Shown here: positions 19,440 to 30,000 of the stretch, in pieces
How positions within the stretch are numbered: position 1 is the first letter of the stretch
Layout of the letters: every line of letters starts with the position of its first letter
From: Planctomycetota bacterium
GTDB lineage: Bacteria; Planctomycetota; UBA1135; UBA2386
DNA: 64,000 nt
Direction of reading: 5' to 3'
Assembly: GCA_046290465.1 (NCBI GenBank)
Contig: JBKAGP010000001.1
Location: forward strand, 2,784,001 to 2,848,000
The notes under the pieces: generated by a model
What the model was told of the DNA's origin: nothing
What the model saw: only the letters and a program-made list of their open reading frames with translations
Databases searched by the model: none
Translations under genes and position numbers: made by a program

Positions 19440-20096
19440 ATGCCGAAGCGAGCCCCCGCCCCGAGATCCGACAACCTGGAAGCCGACGAACCAGAACCCG
19501 GCGACCCGTTCGACGCCGACTACTACCGCAGGTTCTACGGCGACGCCGCCACGCGCGTCAGCGACCAGCGCGAGATCGACCGCCTCGCGACCTTCGTGAA
19601 GGGCTACCTCGGCTACCTGCAGGTGCCGGTGCGCACGATCCTCGACATCGGCTGCGGGGTCGGCCACTGGCAGAAGGCCTGCCGCAAGCTGTGGCCCAAG
19701 GCGCGCTACCACGGCGTCGAGTACAGCCGCTACCTGTGCGATCGGTTCGGCTGGCACCACGGCTCGATCGCCACCCTGGACCCGGAACGGGAGCTCGCTC
19801 GCGCGACGTTCGACCTGGTCGTCTGCCAGGGCGTCATGCAATATCTCGACGACCGGACCGCAGCGGCGGCGCTCGCGAACCTCGGCCAGTGGACCGACGG
19901 CGCCCTCTACCTCGAAGCGCTGACCCGGCGCGACTGGGAGGAGAACTGCGATCGCTCGGTCACCGACGGCGAGGTTCACCTGCGCAGCGGTTCGTTCTAC
20001 CGACGGCGGCTGGGCAGAGACTTCCAGGACTGCGGCGGCGGCGTATTCTGCGCGCGCCGCGCGGACGTGGCGCTGTTCGAACTCGAGGGCGAATGA
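19440..20096 (+). CDS. Class I SAM-dependent methyltransferase
   Basis: ILDIGCGVG, GVEYS, FDLVVCQGVMQY. Confidence 0.8.
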   Translation: MPKRAPAPRSDNLEADEPEPGDPFDADYYRRFYGDAATRVSDQREIDRLATFVKGYLGYLQVPVRTILDIGCGVGHWQKACRKLWPKARYHGVEYSRYLCDRFGWHHGSIATLDPERELARATFDLVVCQGVMQYLDDRTAAAALANLGQWTDGALYLEALTRRDWEENCDRSVTDGEVHLRSGSFYRRRLGRDFQDCGGGVFCARRADVALFELEGE

Positions 20097-21961
20097 CGGG
20101 AATGGACTTCTTCGGACATCAGGATCAGGCCCGCAAGGCATCTGGCCGGCTCGTGTGGCTGTTCGTCGCCGCGGTGGTCTGCATCATCGCGCTGATCTAC
20201 CTGGCGGCGAAGCTGCTGCTGGTGGTCGCCAAGACCGGCGAACCGCAGCTGATCGACTGGCCGTTGCTCGGCATCGTCGCCGGCGGCGTCTGCGCGGTCG
20301 TGGTCGGCGCGATGCTGTTCAAGACCGCCCAGCTGCAGAGCGGCGGCGCCGCCGTCGCCGAGATGATGGGCGGCCGGCTGGTCGACCCGCACACGCGCGA
20401 CCCGCAGGAGCGCGTGCTGATGAACGTCGTCGAGGAGATGGCGATCGCGTCCGGGGTGCCGGTGCCCGACGTGTTCATCATGGACGGCGAAGCCGGCATC
20501 AACGCGTTCGCGGCCGGCTGGTCGACCAAGGACGCCGCCGTCGCCGTCACCCGCGGCAGCCTCGAGACGTTCAACCGCGACGAACTGCAGGGCGTCATCG
20601 CGCACGAGTTCAGCCACGTGTTCCACGGCGACATGCGGCTCAACATCCGCCTGATGGGCACGCTGTTCGGCATCATCTGCATCGCCGTGATCGGCCGCAT
20701 CCTGGCGCACACCGGCGGCGGCCGCCGCCGCGAGGGCCAGCACGTCGCGCTGTTCGGCATCGCGCTGATCGTGATCGGCTACGTCGGCGTGTTCTTCGCG
20801 CGGCTGATCCAGGCCGCGGTCTCGCGCCAGCGCGAATACCTCGCCGACGCCAGCGCCGTGCAGTACACGCGCAACCCCAAGGGCATCGGCATGGCGCTCG
20901 CCAAGATCGGCGGCCTGACCGGCAAGCTCGAGAACCCGCACGCCGAAGAGGCCAGCCACATGATGTTCGCCGAGGCGGTCTCGGGCCTCGGCGGCGGCAT
21001 GGCGACCCACCCGCCGATCGAAGAACGCGTCGAACGGGTGCTGCCCGGCTTCCTGAAGAACGTCGAGAGCAGCGGCTCGCTGCAGCAGGCGGTCGCCGAC
21101 ACGCCGGCGCCCGACCAGGTCGCCGGCGTCGCCGGCTTCGCCGGCTCGACCCCGCGCCGGATCGTCGACTCGGTCGGCGATCCGCAGCCCAAGCACGTCG
21201 CCGCCGCCCGCCAGCTGCTGAGCGACCTGCCGCTCGACCTCGGCGTCGCCGCCCACGAACCGGCCCGCGCGCCGGCGCTGGTCTACGCGCTGCTGCTCGA
21301 CGACGACGACCGCGAGCGCGACAAGCAGCTCGGCATGCTCGAGGACACGGGCGAGGAGACGAGGCACGACGCGCGCTCGTTCTACCGGGACGTCGCCGCG
21401 CTGCCGCGCACGATGCGGCTGCCGTTGATCGAGCTGGCGATGCCGGCGCTGCGTCGCATGAACGCCGACCAGCGCCGCGACCTGCGCCGTCGCGCCCGCG
21501 AGCTGGCGCTGGCCGACGACCACCTGTCGCCGTTCGAGTTCGCGCTGCTCAAGACCCTCGAACGGCACGTGCCCGACGAGGCGGCGCCGGTGCGCCGCCG
21601 CGGCGGCCGGCCGGAGGCGATGATCGACCACGTCGAGGACGCCAGCCTGGTGCTGTCGGTGATCGCGCACGCCGGCGCCGGCGGCGACGACGCCGAGGCG
21701 GCCGCCGCGTTCGCGCGCGGTTGCGAGGTGCTGGCGATGCCCGAGGCCCACCTGATCCCGGCCGCCGACGCGACCCCGCAGCAGCTCGACGTCGCGATCG
21801 ACGGGCTCGAGCGCGTGTCGCCGTTCGGCAAGCGCAACCTGATCCACGCCTGCGCCGAGGTCGCCGCCCACGACGGCCACCTCGACCCCGACGAGGTCGA
21901 TCTGGTGCGCGCGCTCGCCGAGCTGTGGGAGTGCCCGGTGCCACTGGCGGTTCCGGAGTAG
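20093..21961 (+). CDS. M48 family zinc metallopeptidase (HtpX-like) with C-terminal TerB-like helical region
   Basis: MDFFGHQ start; NVVEEMAIASG, INAFAAG, AHEFSH (HExxH), SRQREYLAD, THPP. Confidence 0.88.
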   Translation: MTGMDFFGHQDQARKASGRLVWLFVAAVVCIIALIYLAAKLLLVVAKTGEPQLIDWPLLGIVAGGVCAVVVGAMLFKTAQLQSGGAAVAEMMGGRLVDPHTRDPQERVLMNVVEEMAIASGVPVPDVFIMDGEAGINAFAAGWSTKDAAVAVTRGSLETFNRDELQGVIAHEFSHVFHGDMRLNIRLMGTLFGIICIAVIGRILAHTGGGRRREGQHVALFGIALIVIGYVGVFFARLIQAAVSRQREYLADASAVQYTRNPKGIGMALAKIGGLTGKLENPHAEEASHMMFAEAVSGLGGGMATHPPIEERVERVLPGFLKNVESSGSLQQAVADTPAPDQVAGVAGFAGSTPRRIVDSVGDPQPKHVAAARQLLSDLPLDLGVAAHEPARAPALVYALLLDDDDRERDKQLGMLEDTGEETRHDARSFYRDVAALPRTMRLPLIELAMPALRRMNADQRRDLRRRARELALADDHLSPFEFALLKTLERHVPDEAAPVRRRGGRPEAMIDHVEDASLVLSVIAHAGAGGDDAEAAAAFARGCEVLAMPEAHLIPAADATPQQLDVAIDGLERVSPFGKRNLIHACAEVAAHDGHLDPDEVDLVRALAELWECPVPLAVPE

Positions 21962-22056
21962 CGCCGGCCCGTCGGGCGCCTCATTGCGGGACAACCAGTA
22001 GTCCCGGACTGGAGTCCCCCCTGCTGCGGTCGATACGGACCCCGCAGGGAGGACCA

Positions 22057-22959
22057 ATGATCGCCGAGGCGACCAGGTGGACATGGGCCACGATCGGAGC
22101 ACCGATCGTCGTGGCTGCGGATGCCGGGACGGAAGTCCTCGGCCCGCTGACGAGCACGCTGCTGGCGTTCGCCGGCGGTTGTGTGCTCGGCGCCATCGCC
22201 GTGCACGTCGCCCATCGTCGTCGAATCGCCGCGCTCGAACGGGCGCTGCAGCAGCGCGACGAGCACCTGGCCCGGACCGCGCACGAGCTGCGCACGCCGC
22301 TGACCGCGATGATGAGCTCACTCGAGATCGTGCGGGACGGCCATGCGGGCACGCCGGAGGAGGCCGGCACGTTCCTCGCGGAGGCGGACCTCGCCGGCCG
22401 CCATCTGTCGCTACTGATCAACGACGTCGTCGACCAGGCGGCGTGCGCCGTCGGCCATCTGCGGCTCGAGCTGCGCGAACACCGGATCGGCGAACTGCTC
22501 CGCGACGCGCTGCGCATGCTGGGCATGCAGGCGGCGCGCAACCCGCTGGTGCTGCGGCTCAACGACCACGACGAATGCACCGTGCGCGCCGACGCACGCC
22601 GCACGCTGCAGGTGCTGTTCAACCTGGTCGGCAACGCCGTCAAGCACAGCGAACCGGGCGACGCGATCGAGATCGACGTCGTCGCCAACGGTCCCGAGCT
22701 GAGTGTGCGCGTGCTCGATCGCGGCACCGGGGTGCCCGACGCGGTGCGCGCACACCTGTTCGAGCCGTTCGCCGGCGACGACCAGCGGGCGCGCGCCGAC
22801 AGCACCGGCCTCGGCCTCTACATCTGCCGCAGCATCGTCGAACAGATGGGCGGCGCGATCGGCTTCCGCCCTCGCGACGGCCGCGGCAGCGAGTTCTGGT
22901 TCTCGCTGCCACAGGTCCTGCAACCGACCATTGCTTCGGCCCGGCCGCTGTCGCAATGA
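22057..22959 (+). CDS. Membrane-anchored sensor histidine kinase
   Basis: GGAGGA RBS; TM; AHELRTPL H-box, NLVGNAVK, DRGTG, GLGL, GSEFWF. Confidence 0.85.
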   Translation: MIAEATRWTWATIGAPIVVAADAGTEVLGPLTSTLLAFAGGCVLGAIAVHVAHRRRIAALERALQQRDEHLARTAHELRTPLTAMMSSLEIVRDGHAGTPEEAGTFLAEADLAGRHLSLLINDVVDQAACAVGHLRLELREHRIGELLRDALRMLGMQAARNPLVLRLNDHDECTVRADARRTLQVLFNLVGNAVKHSEPGDAIEIDVVANGPELSVRVLDRGTGVPDAVRAHLFEPFAGDDQRARADSTGLGLYICRSIVEQMGGAIGFRPRDGRGSEFWFSLPQVLQPTIASARPLSQ

Positions 22960-22966
22960 TGGCGGC

Positions 22967-23779
22967 ATGCACGAACGGACCGTCGCGACGCTCGCCGTCG
23001 CCCTGCTGAGCTGGACCACCCTGGCGACTGAGCCCGTCGCCCAGCAGCTGGAGCAGGCGCCCCGCGGTGACGAGGTGCGTAGACAAGGCGGGCAGAAGGG
23101 CGAAGCCCAGGACCCGGCCGACACCGCGACCAGGACGGCCACGTTCCGCAACTACAACCGCACCTACCAGCTGGAGCTGCCCGAGGGCTGGCGCCAGATC
23201 GCGCCCGGTGAGGCGGTGCGCATCGGCGAGGATCCCGGCGCCCCGGCCCTGCTGCGGCTGGCCTCACCGCGCAGCTTCTACGCCGTCGGCCCCGTCGACC
23301 AGTGGCTCGCCGGCGACTTTGGCGGCCCCTGGCTCTACGTCTTCGAGCAGCGCGACGAGTGGCACGTCGACGACGACTACGCCGCGACGCTGCGCGACCT
23401 GTGGCGGCAGCACGGCGAGACTAACGGCGTCGACCACCGCCTCCGGGACATCCATCTCGAGAAGATCGGAGCACAGCAGGTCGAATGCATCGTCGCCACC
23501 CGCACGAGCACGCCGAAGCCCCCGGCCGCGCCGTCGACCAGCCTGGACGTGCACGCCCCGACCGCGAAGCAGCAGATCTCGCTGTCGTTCGTGGCGCCGG
23601 TGCACGCGTTCGACCGATGGCAACCGGAGTTCCGCAAGTGGCTCGACACGCTGACGTTCGCCCGGACGGCCGCCGAACAGCAGTCGCTCGGCGACCGGCT
23701 GTGGACCCCGATGATCGCCGGCGGCGTGGTCGGGCTCGTGATGCTGGTGCTCTACCGCTACACGCGCTCCCGCCGTTGA
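22967..23779 (+). CDS. Exported hypothetical protein with C-terminal membrane anchor
   Basis: N-terminal signal; C-terminal hydrophobic helix plus basic tail YRYTRSRR. Confidence 0.6.
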   Translation: MHERTVATLAVALLSWTTLATEPVAQQLEQAPRGDEVRRQGGQKGEAQDPADTATRTATFRNYNRTYQLELPEGWRQIAPGEAVRIGEDPGAPALLRLASPRSFYAVGPVDQWLAGDFGGPWLYVFEQRDEWHVDDDYAATLRDLWRQHGETNGVDHRLRDIHLEKIGAQQVECIVATRTSTPKPPAAPSTSLDVHAPTAKQQISLSFVAPVHAFDRWQPEFRKWLDTLTFARTAAEQQSLGDRLWTPMIAGGVVGLVMLVLYRYTRSRR

Positions 23780-23849
23780 GCCGCCGGCCCGCCGCGCTAC
23801 ACTGCCCGTCAGCCCGAGCCCACGGCTGCCCGTTACGACACCACCCGTT

Positions 23850-25412
23850 TTGAAGAAGTCCGCCAAGCCAAAGGGCCCTCGCAATCTCGACAAACACCTG
23901 TTCGAGGCGGGCCAGCAGTGCCACAAGCGTCTGTGGCTCGACTACCACGAACCGTCGGACGAGAGCCCGTCGGCCAGTCGCCAGGAGATGTCGCGAGTCG
24001 GCGACGAGATGCGCGAACTCGCGCGCACGGCGTTCCCCAAGGGCGTCGTGATCGACGACGACGACGTCGACACCGCCGCCGCGACCACCACGAAGCACCT
24101 CGAGGACGGGGTGCCGGTGCTGTTCGACGCGACCTTCGTCGGTGACGGCGTCGCCGCGCGGTGCGACATCCTGGTCGTGCACAAGGACAAGTTGGTCGAC
24201 CTGTTCGAGATCAAGTCCGGCACCAAGGTGAAGCACCGCTACGTCAACGACCTGGCGCTGCAGGCGACGGTGCTGGCGGCCAACGGCTACCAGGTGCAGC
24301 GCGCCTACCTGCTGCACATCAACCCCAAGTACACCCACAAGGCCGGCGAGCCCTACCCGCCGATGCAGCTGCTGCGCAGCGCCGACGTCACCGCCAAGGT
24401 GCACAAGCAGCAGCCCAACGTGGCGCGCAAGCTGCAGCAGCTGCGGCAGGCGGTCGACAACGACAGCGTGCTCGAGCTGCCGATGGGCACGTTCTGCGAG
24501 AACCCGTTCCCGTGCCCGCACATCGCGCGCTGCGCGAAGGACGCACCGGACCTGCCGCTGCACCGCCTGCCCGAACTGACCCGGCAGCAGGAGCTCGATC
24601 TGCACAAGGAGGGCATCGAGGAGATGCTCGCCGTGCCGGCCGACCGCGAGGACCTGTCGTTCCGCCAGCGCCGCACGCTGCAGTGCCACCAGCAGAACGA
24701 ACGCATCGTCGAGCCGTTCGTGCGCGACGAGCTCGGCGAGTGCGACAAGCCGCTGCACTTCCTGGCGCTCGCGGCGATCACCGATCCGCTGCCGCGCTTC
24801 GACAACCAACGGCCGTGGCAGCAGACGCCGTTCGCGTGGGCCTGCAAGACCGTGCACGAGGACGGCCGCGTCGAGACGCAGTCGTTCGCGCAGATCGACA
24901 AGGACGACCCGCGCGGCCCGTTCGTCAAGAGCCTGGCGCGCCACCTCGAGGTCGGCGGCACCGCGCTGCTGTGGGGCGAGGAGACGCTGCGCGAGCTGCG
25001 CGGCCTGCTCGATGCCGTGCCGGACGAGAAGGCCAGCGTGCGTGCGCTGCTCGGCCAGGACCACCTGGACATGCGGGCGCTGTTCGAGTCGAGCGTGTTC
25101 GACCCGAAGCTGACCGACTACTCGGACTTCGCGGAGGTCGTCGAACTGATGCTCGGCGACAACTCCGGCCGCAAGCTCGAAGCCCTCGATCGCAACACCC
25201 GGTTCGAGCTCGTGCACAAGGCGCGCGCCCCGCGCGTGCGCGCGGCGACGCGCGACAAGATCGCGGCGACCATCACCGACGCGCTGGCGTGGCAGGCCGA
25301 GCAGCTCTCGGAGCTGTTCGCGTCGTTCACCGGCGCGGCACCGAAGCCGAAGGCCGAGCGTGCGAAGGCGGCTCCGCGCCCGGCCAAGCCGCTGCCGAAG
25401 CTGCCGGAGTAG
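23850..25412 (+). CDS. DUF2779-family protein (N-terminal PD-(D/E)XK/Cas4-like nuclease, C-terminal RNase H-like region)
   Basis: QCHKRLWL, CDILV...EIKSGT...DLALQ, C..P..CP....C cluster, P.F...RPWQQ.PF, DPR..F motifs; TTG start. Confidence 0.75.
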   Translation: MKKSAKPKGPRNLDKHLFEAGQQCHKRLWLDYHEPSDESPSASRQEMSRVGDEMRELARTAFPKGVVIDDDDVDTAAATTTKHLEDGVPVLFDATFVGDGVAARCDILVVHKDKLVDLFEIKSGTKVKHRYVNDLALQATVLAANGYQVQRAYLLHINPKYTHKAGEPYPPMQLLRSADVTAKVHKQQPNVARKLQQLRQAVDNDSVLELPMGTFCENPFPCPHIARCAKDAPDLPLHRLPELTRQQELDLHKEGIEEMLAVPADREDLSFRQRRTLQCHQQNERIVEPFVRDELGECDKPLHFLALAAITDPLPRFDNQRPWQQTPFAWACKTVHEDGRVETQSFAQIDKDDPRGPFVKSLARHLEVGGTALLWGEETLRELRGLLDAVPDEKASVRALLGQDHLDMRALFESSVFDPKLTDYSDFAEVVELMLGDNSGRKLEALDRNTRFELVHKARAPRVRAATRDKIAATITDALAWQAEQLSELFASFTGAAPKPKAERAKAAPRPAKPLPKLPE

Positions 25413-25454
25413 CGTTGCCCGAGCGCCGTCCGTCGCGGCGCAGCGGGCGCGCCG

Positions 25455-25680
25455 CTAGGAGCGCGTCCATGTAGTGGACGCGCTGCCAACCGTGATCGCG
25501 GAAGCGGCGAGTACGCGTGCGGACGGGGCTTTGCCCGCTAGGAGCGCGTCCATGTAGTGGACGCGCCGCCAACCGTGATCGCGGAAGCGGCGAGTACGCG
25601 TGCGGACGGGGCTTTGCCCGCTAGGAGCGCGTCCATGTAGTGGACGCGCCGCCAACCGTGATCGCGGAAGCGGCGTGTAC
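25455..25680 (-). repeat. Second array of the 83-bp element (2 full copies plus 60-bp partial), opposite orientation
   Basis: CTAG at 25455, 25538, 25621; reverse complement of the 15715 unit with few substitutions. Confidence 0.95.
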
Positions 25681-26451
25681 ACTCGCGACATCGCAACCGT
25701 CGGGCGTGAATTCCCACAGTTCGGGGGTTCGACCAAGAACCTTCGACGTGGGCGTGAGGAGGTGTTCGACGCCCCAGACGCACAGCGGCCTACCTTCGGC
25801 CAGCCAACGGTATGGGGGGATGGCTGGCAGACTCCTCCTGGGTGGTTCAGCGGGATTCCCGTGTGCCCATGCGACGAAGCCGAGTTCGAGCGGATGAAGC
25901 AGGGCGGCGCGAAGGTCAAGGCAGACGATCCTGGCATGGTCGAGAAGTTCCACAGTCCCGCCGAGAAGTGCTACCGGGTGTGGTTTGCGAACGATGTTGC
26001 AGGCAACCAGTGCTGTTTCGACGAGAACGGCAAGCTCATCAACCAAGGCCCAGGTGCTGGCACGCCGGACATGTACAACCCCAGGTTTATCGGCATGCAC
26101 TTCTTCGTCGACGTCCTGGCCTTCTCAATGCTTGGGTGGAAGAAACACCACAAACAAGGCTGGGGTCCGATCTCGGAAGACTGTCCAGACAACAGCGGCG
26201 GCTACCCCGCGCCTGTTGGTGGGTTTCCTCCTGCACCTCCGCGCGAACCCAACCCTCCGAAACCAAGACCCAAACCGGACGAAGTGGCGCAGAGAATCGG
26301 CCGTCAGTGCGAGACTCAGTGCTTCAACGAGATGCTGCAGGAGTTCGGCCCGTCTTTCGACACTGATCCGGACGCCGGTCCGTTCTTCGACGACTGCGTC
26401 GATGAGTGCATGGACATCTGGGCGGAGATCCTTGGCAAGGGTTGGGGGTAG
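25681..26451 (+). pseudogene. AMOP-domain ORF fragment (5' end abuts repeat array, no clear start)
   Basis: W..IPVCPC, FH..A.KCYR, AGNQCCFDENGKLINQGPGAGTPD, HFFVDVL; visibly more AT-rich than flanks. Confidence 0.6.
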
Positions 26452-26478
26452 AGCCTGCGCCTCGTCCTCGAACTCCTG

Positions 26479-26667
26479 GTGTGGGCAGGCTGCTTGTTCG
26501 GCGCAGGGCTGATCGTCGCCGGCCTGGGCTGGATCGGGCTTCGAGAACTCGATGGGTCGCATGAGTCCGGCGATTGGATCATCTCAACTCTCGGCTTGCT
26601 GGTGCTGCTGTTGAGTGTGTGCCTCGGATTCGCGGTGCGGCGGCGACGGCGACAGACGGGACAGTAG
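26479..26667 (+). CDS. Small two-TM protein, in frame after the AMOP ORF stop
   Basis: Two hydrophobic helices and RRRRR tail; start uncertain. Confidence 0.4.
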   Translation: MWAGCLFGAGLIVAGLGWIGLRELDGSHESGDWIISTLGLLVLLLSVCLGFAVRRRRRQTGQ

Positions 26668-26673
26668 GGGACA

Positions 26674-26870
26674 TCACAGCCTGATCTTCTCGACCTCGTC
26701 GAGGCTCGCCTCTTCGCCCATGACGATCGTAGAGCCTCGTCGTCTGCGAGCTCGCATGTGCGGCCATCTGCTGCGCCCTGTCGAGCTGCCCGTCGTTGCT
26801 GAGGTAGGCCGTGATCCCAGTGGCGCGCAGCGTGTGGTTGGAGAACCCAACCAGCCGGCGCTGCTGTACG
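26674..26870 (-). pseudogene. Tyrosine recombinase/integrase C-terminal remnant, frameshifted
   Basis: HTLRATGITAYL...AQQMAAH....TTRLYDR, then after a frameshift GEEASLDEVEKIRL*; N-terminus absent. Confidence 0.8.
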
Positions 26871-27062
26871 CGACGTTCTTCTGTCAATGGCTCGTGCGGG
26901 ATCCCCCTGCGAGTCAACGGTTCGCGCTCACGCCCGGTCTTCGCCTAAGCCTGCGTCAGGGACAACCCTCTGGGCCGCCGGCGGCTGCGTGCGGGCCTCC
27001 GAGCCCGAAAGCGGCTTGAGCACGCTGCGTGGTGAGCGATGCGGGCTAGCATCTGACGCGCG

Positions 27063-30000
27063 ATGCGTCTGCACGTGGCCACGATCCTTAGCCTGCTGCT
27101 CGGTTGCGCGTTCGCCCTGGGCTTCGCCCCCGGGTCGGCGGCACAGAACTACGCCGCGCGCATCTACACCGAGGCCAACGGTCTGCCGCACCAGTCGATC
27201 GTCGACGTCGACCAGACGCCGGACGGACAGCTGTGGTTCTCGACCCAGGGAGGCCTGGTCCGCTACGACTGCCGCGCGTGGGAGGTCGTCGCGACCGGCA
27301 TCCCGACGAGCGGTCCGTCGAACGGCAGCATGCAGCTCGACGTCGACGAGCGCGGCGCGCTGTGGGCGTTCCGGCAGGCCCCGCCGTTCGACTGCGGCTA
27401 CCTGCTCGACGGGCGCTGGCACGCGTTCGAGCGACCGGTGCCCGACGGCTCCGCGCCGGTCGGTGGACTCGTCGACGCCGAGATCGCCCCCCACCAGGGC
27501 GGCCGCAGCATCCTGCTGACCACCACACTCGGCACGATGTTGCTGCACGACGGCGACAACTGGCGCCGGCTCGAGACGGTCGTCGACGGCATGTTCGACA
27601 CCTGCGTGTTCGACGGCGACTTCGTCGTGACCGGCAACGGCGGGGTGCACCGGGTCGACGCGCGCGACGGCGCCACGACGCGCCTCGGCGGGGCGCCGAC
27701 GCCGCCGATGGCGATCGAGACCACCGACGACGGCAGCTGCTGCTGGATGGTCGGTCGCACCTGGATCGGCCGCTACGGCGGCGAGCGCATCGAAGTGCTC
27801 GAACAGGGACTGGCGGAGCTGTTCTACCCGGACATCGTGCACGCCGCGGTCCTGCCCGACGATCGCGGCGGCCTCTACTTCGGCGAACGCGCGGGTGCGT
27901 TCCACTACTCGACCGAGACCGGCGTCGAAGTCTTCGGGCAGCCCAACGCGCTCGACCACATCGGCCTGACGCGCCTGTTCCGCGACCGCGAGGGGATCAT
28001 CTGGGGCGCGGGCGTGCGCGGGGTCGCCAAGTTCGCCGGCCGGTTCGTCGCCAACCGCGCATCCGAGCACGGCCTGGCCGAGGACGAGGTCTCCGCCGTG
28101 CTCGAACTGCAAGACGGCCGCATCCTGCTGGGCCACAACCACGCCGTGACGATCCTCGAGTCGCCGCCGCGCACCGCCCGGATCGACGAGCGTCGCAACC
28201 ACGCTCGCGTGATGTCGATGGCGCAGACGGCGGACGGCGCCGTCTACCTCGCCGCCAACCGCGCCGGCCTGCTGCGACTCGATCTCGACACCCTCGCGGT
28301 CGAGCCCGTGCGCGGCCCCCACCAACAGGCGCTGTCGATCCAGGGCGTCACGCGGGCGCCCGACGGCAGCCTGATCGTCGCCGGCTGGAGGCGGGTCTGG
28401 CGCTACGACGGCGAACGGTTCGAGGACCTGCTGCCGCCCGACCACGAGCTGACCGAGGACTACATCCGCCACGCGACGATGACCGGGGACGGCCTGCTGC
28501 TGGCGCTGCGGCACGCCGGCATCCTGCAGTGCGTCGGCGAGGACGTGTTCGCCTGGACCGGCGACGACGTGCGCGCCAACAACTGCTACTGCGTGCAGCG
28601 GCGGCCCGACGGATCGTTCTGGACCGGCACCGGCCGGGGCGTGCTGCGCACCGCCGCGCGCGGCCGGCTGGTGCCGGTCGACTTCGCCGGTCAGCGCATC
28701 GACGTCCCGGTCTACTTCATGGCCGACGACCGCGACGGCAGGACCTGGTTCGGCACCAACAACGGCGTGATCATCTGGGACGGCAACGGCCTGCGACACA
28801 TCACCGAGGAGCAGGGGCTGGCCGGCCGCGAGACCAACCGCGGCGCCCACGCCTGCGACCGACGCGGCCGCATGTGGGTCGGCTTCGACCGTGGCCTGAC
28901 GACGTTCGACCCATCGCTCGAAGTCGCGCCCCGGCACGGACCACAGGTGTCGTTGCTGGCACCCGCCGTCAACGGCGTCGTGCGTTCGACCGGGCTGTGG
29001 GCGCCCGTCGTCGAGCACGACTCGCTGTCGTTCCGGCTGCGCTCGATCTCGTCGCGCGACGAAGAACGGCTGCTGCACCAGCACCGCCTCGAGGGCCTCG
29101 AGCACGACTTCTCGGCGCTGGCGCCGCTGCCGGACCGCCGCGTGCACTACGAGAGCCTGCCGCCGGGGCGTTATCGCCTGCACGTGCGAGCGACCGACTC
29201 GGCCAGCCTGACGGCCGAGACCCGCTCCCCGTGGATCGAGGTGATGCCGCCGTGGTATCGCGTCTGGTGGTTCCGCCTGTTGGTGCTGGTCGGCGTGCTG
29301 ACCGCGCTGGGCATCGTGTTCGCGTTCTGGACGCAGCGTCGCCACGCCCGGCAGCTCGAGGACGTCGTCGAGCTGCGCACCGCCGACCTCAGCGCCGAAC
29401 GCAACCGCCTGCAGGCGACGCTGAGCAGCATCGGCGACGGCGTCGTCGCGATCGACGACGCCGGCTGCATCGCGCTGTGGAACGAGACCGCCCGCGGGCT
29501 GACCGGCTGGGACCAGCAGCAGGCGCTGGGCCGGCACCTCGACGAGCTGATGCCGGGCCTGTCGCTGTCGTCGCCGACGCCCGATCGCGCCATCGAGATC
29601 ACGATCGCCGACGGCAGCTCACGCTGGTTCGAATACACCGTCGCACAGGTCGCCGACCACCCGGCCAGCGGCTACGTGGTGGCGTTCCGCGACGTCACCG
29701 ACCGCCGCGAGCAGGACCGCCTGATGTCGCGCAGCGAACGCCTCGAATCGCTCGGCGTGCTGGCAGGCGGCATCGCGCACGACTTCAACAACCTGTTGAC
29801 GGTCATGCTCGGCAACCTGAGCCTGCTCGAACTCGACGACGACCACGACGCGGCGCTCAGCGAGAAGCGGCAGCTGCGCGAGCAGATCCAGGAAGCCGTG
29901 TTGCGCGCGCGCGACCTGACCCGACAGCTGCTGACGTTCTCGAAGGGCGGCGCACCGGTGCGCACCCCCGGCTCACTCGAGGAGGTCGTCGCGGAGAGCG

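Noticed and set aside
23850..25680. Cas4-like gene plus repeats as a novel CRISPR-like system
   Set aside because: The same repeat lies beside unrelated genes at 15715 and 37217, so the adjacency is not specific, and there are no spacers.
26880..27060. tRNA or riboswitch at the island edge
   Set aside because: Only a small GAAA-loop hairpin; no cloverleaf, T-loop or recognisable aptamer consensus.
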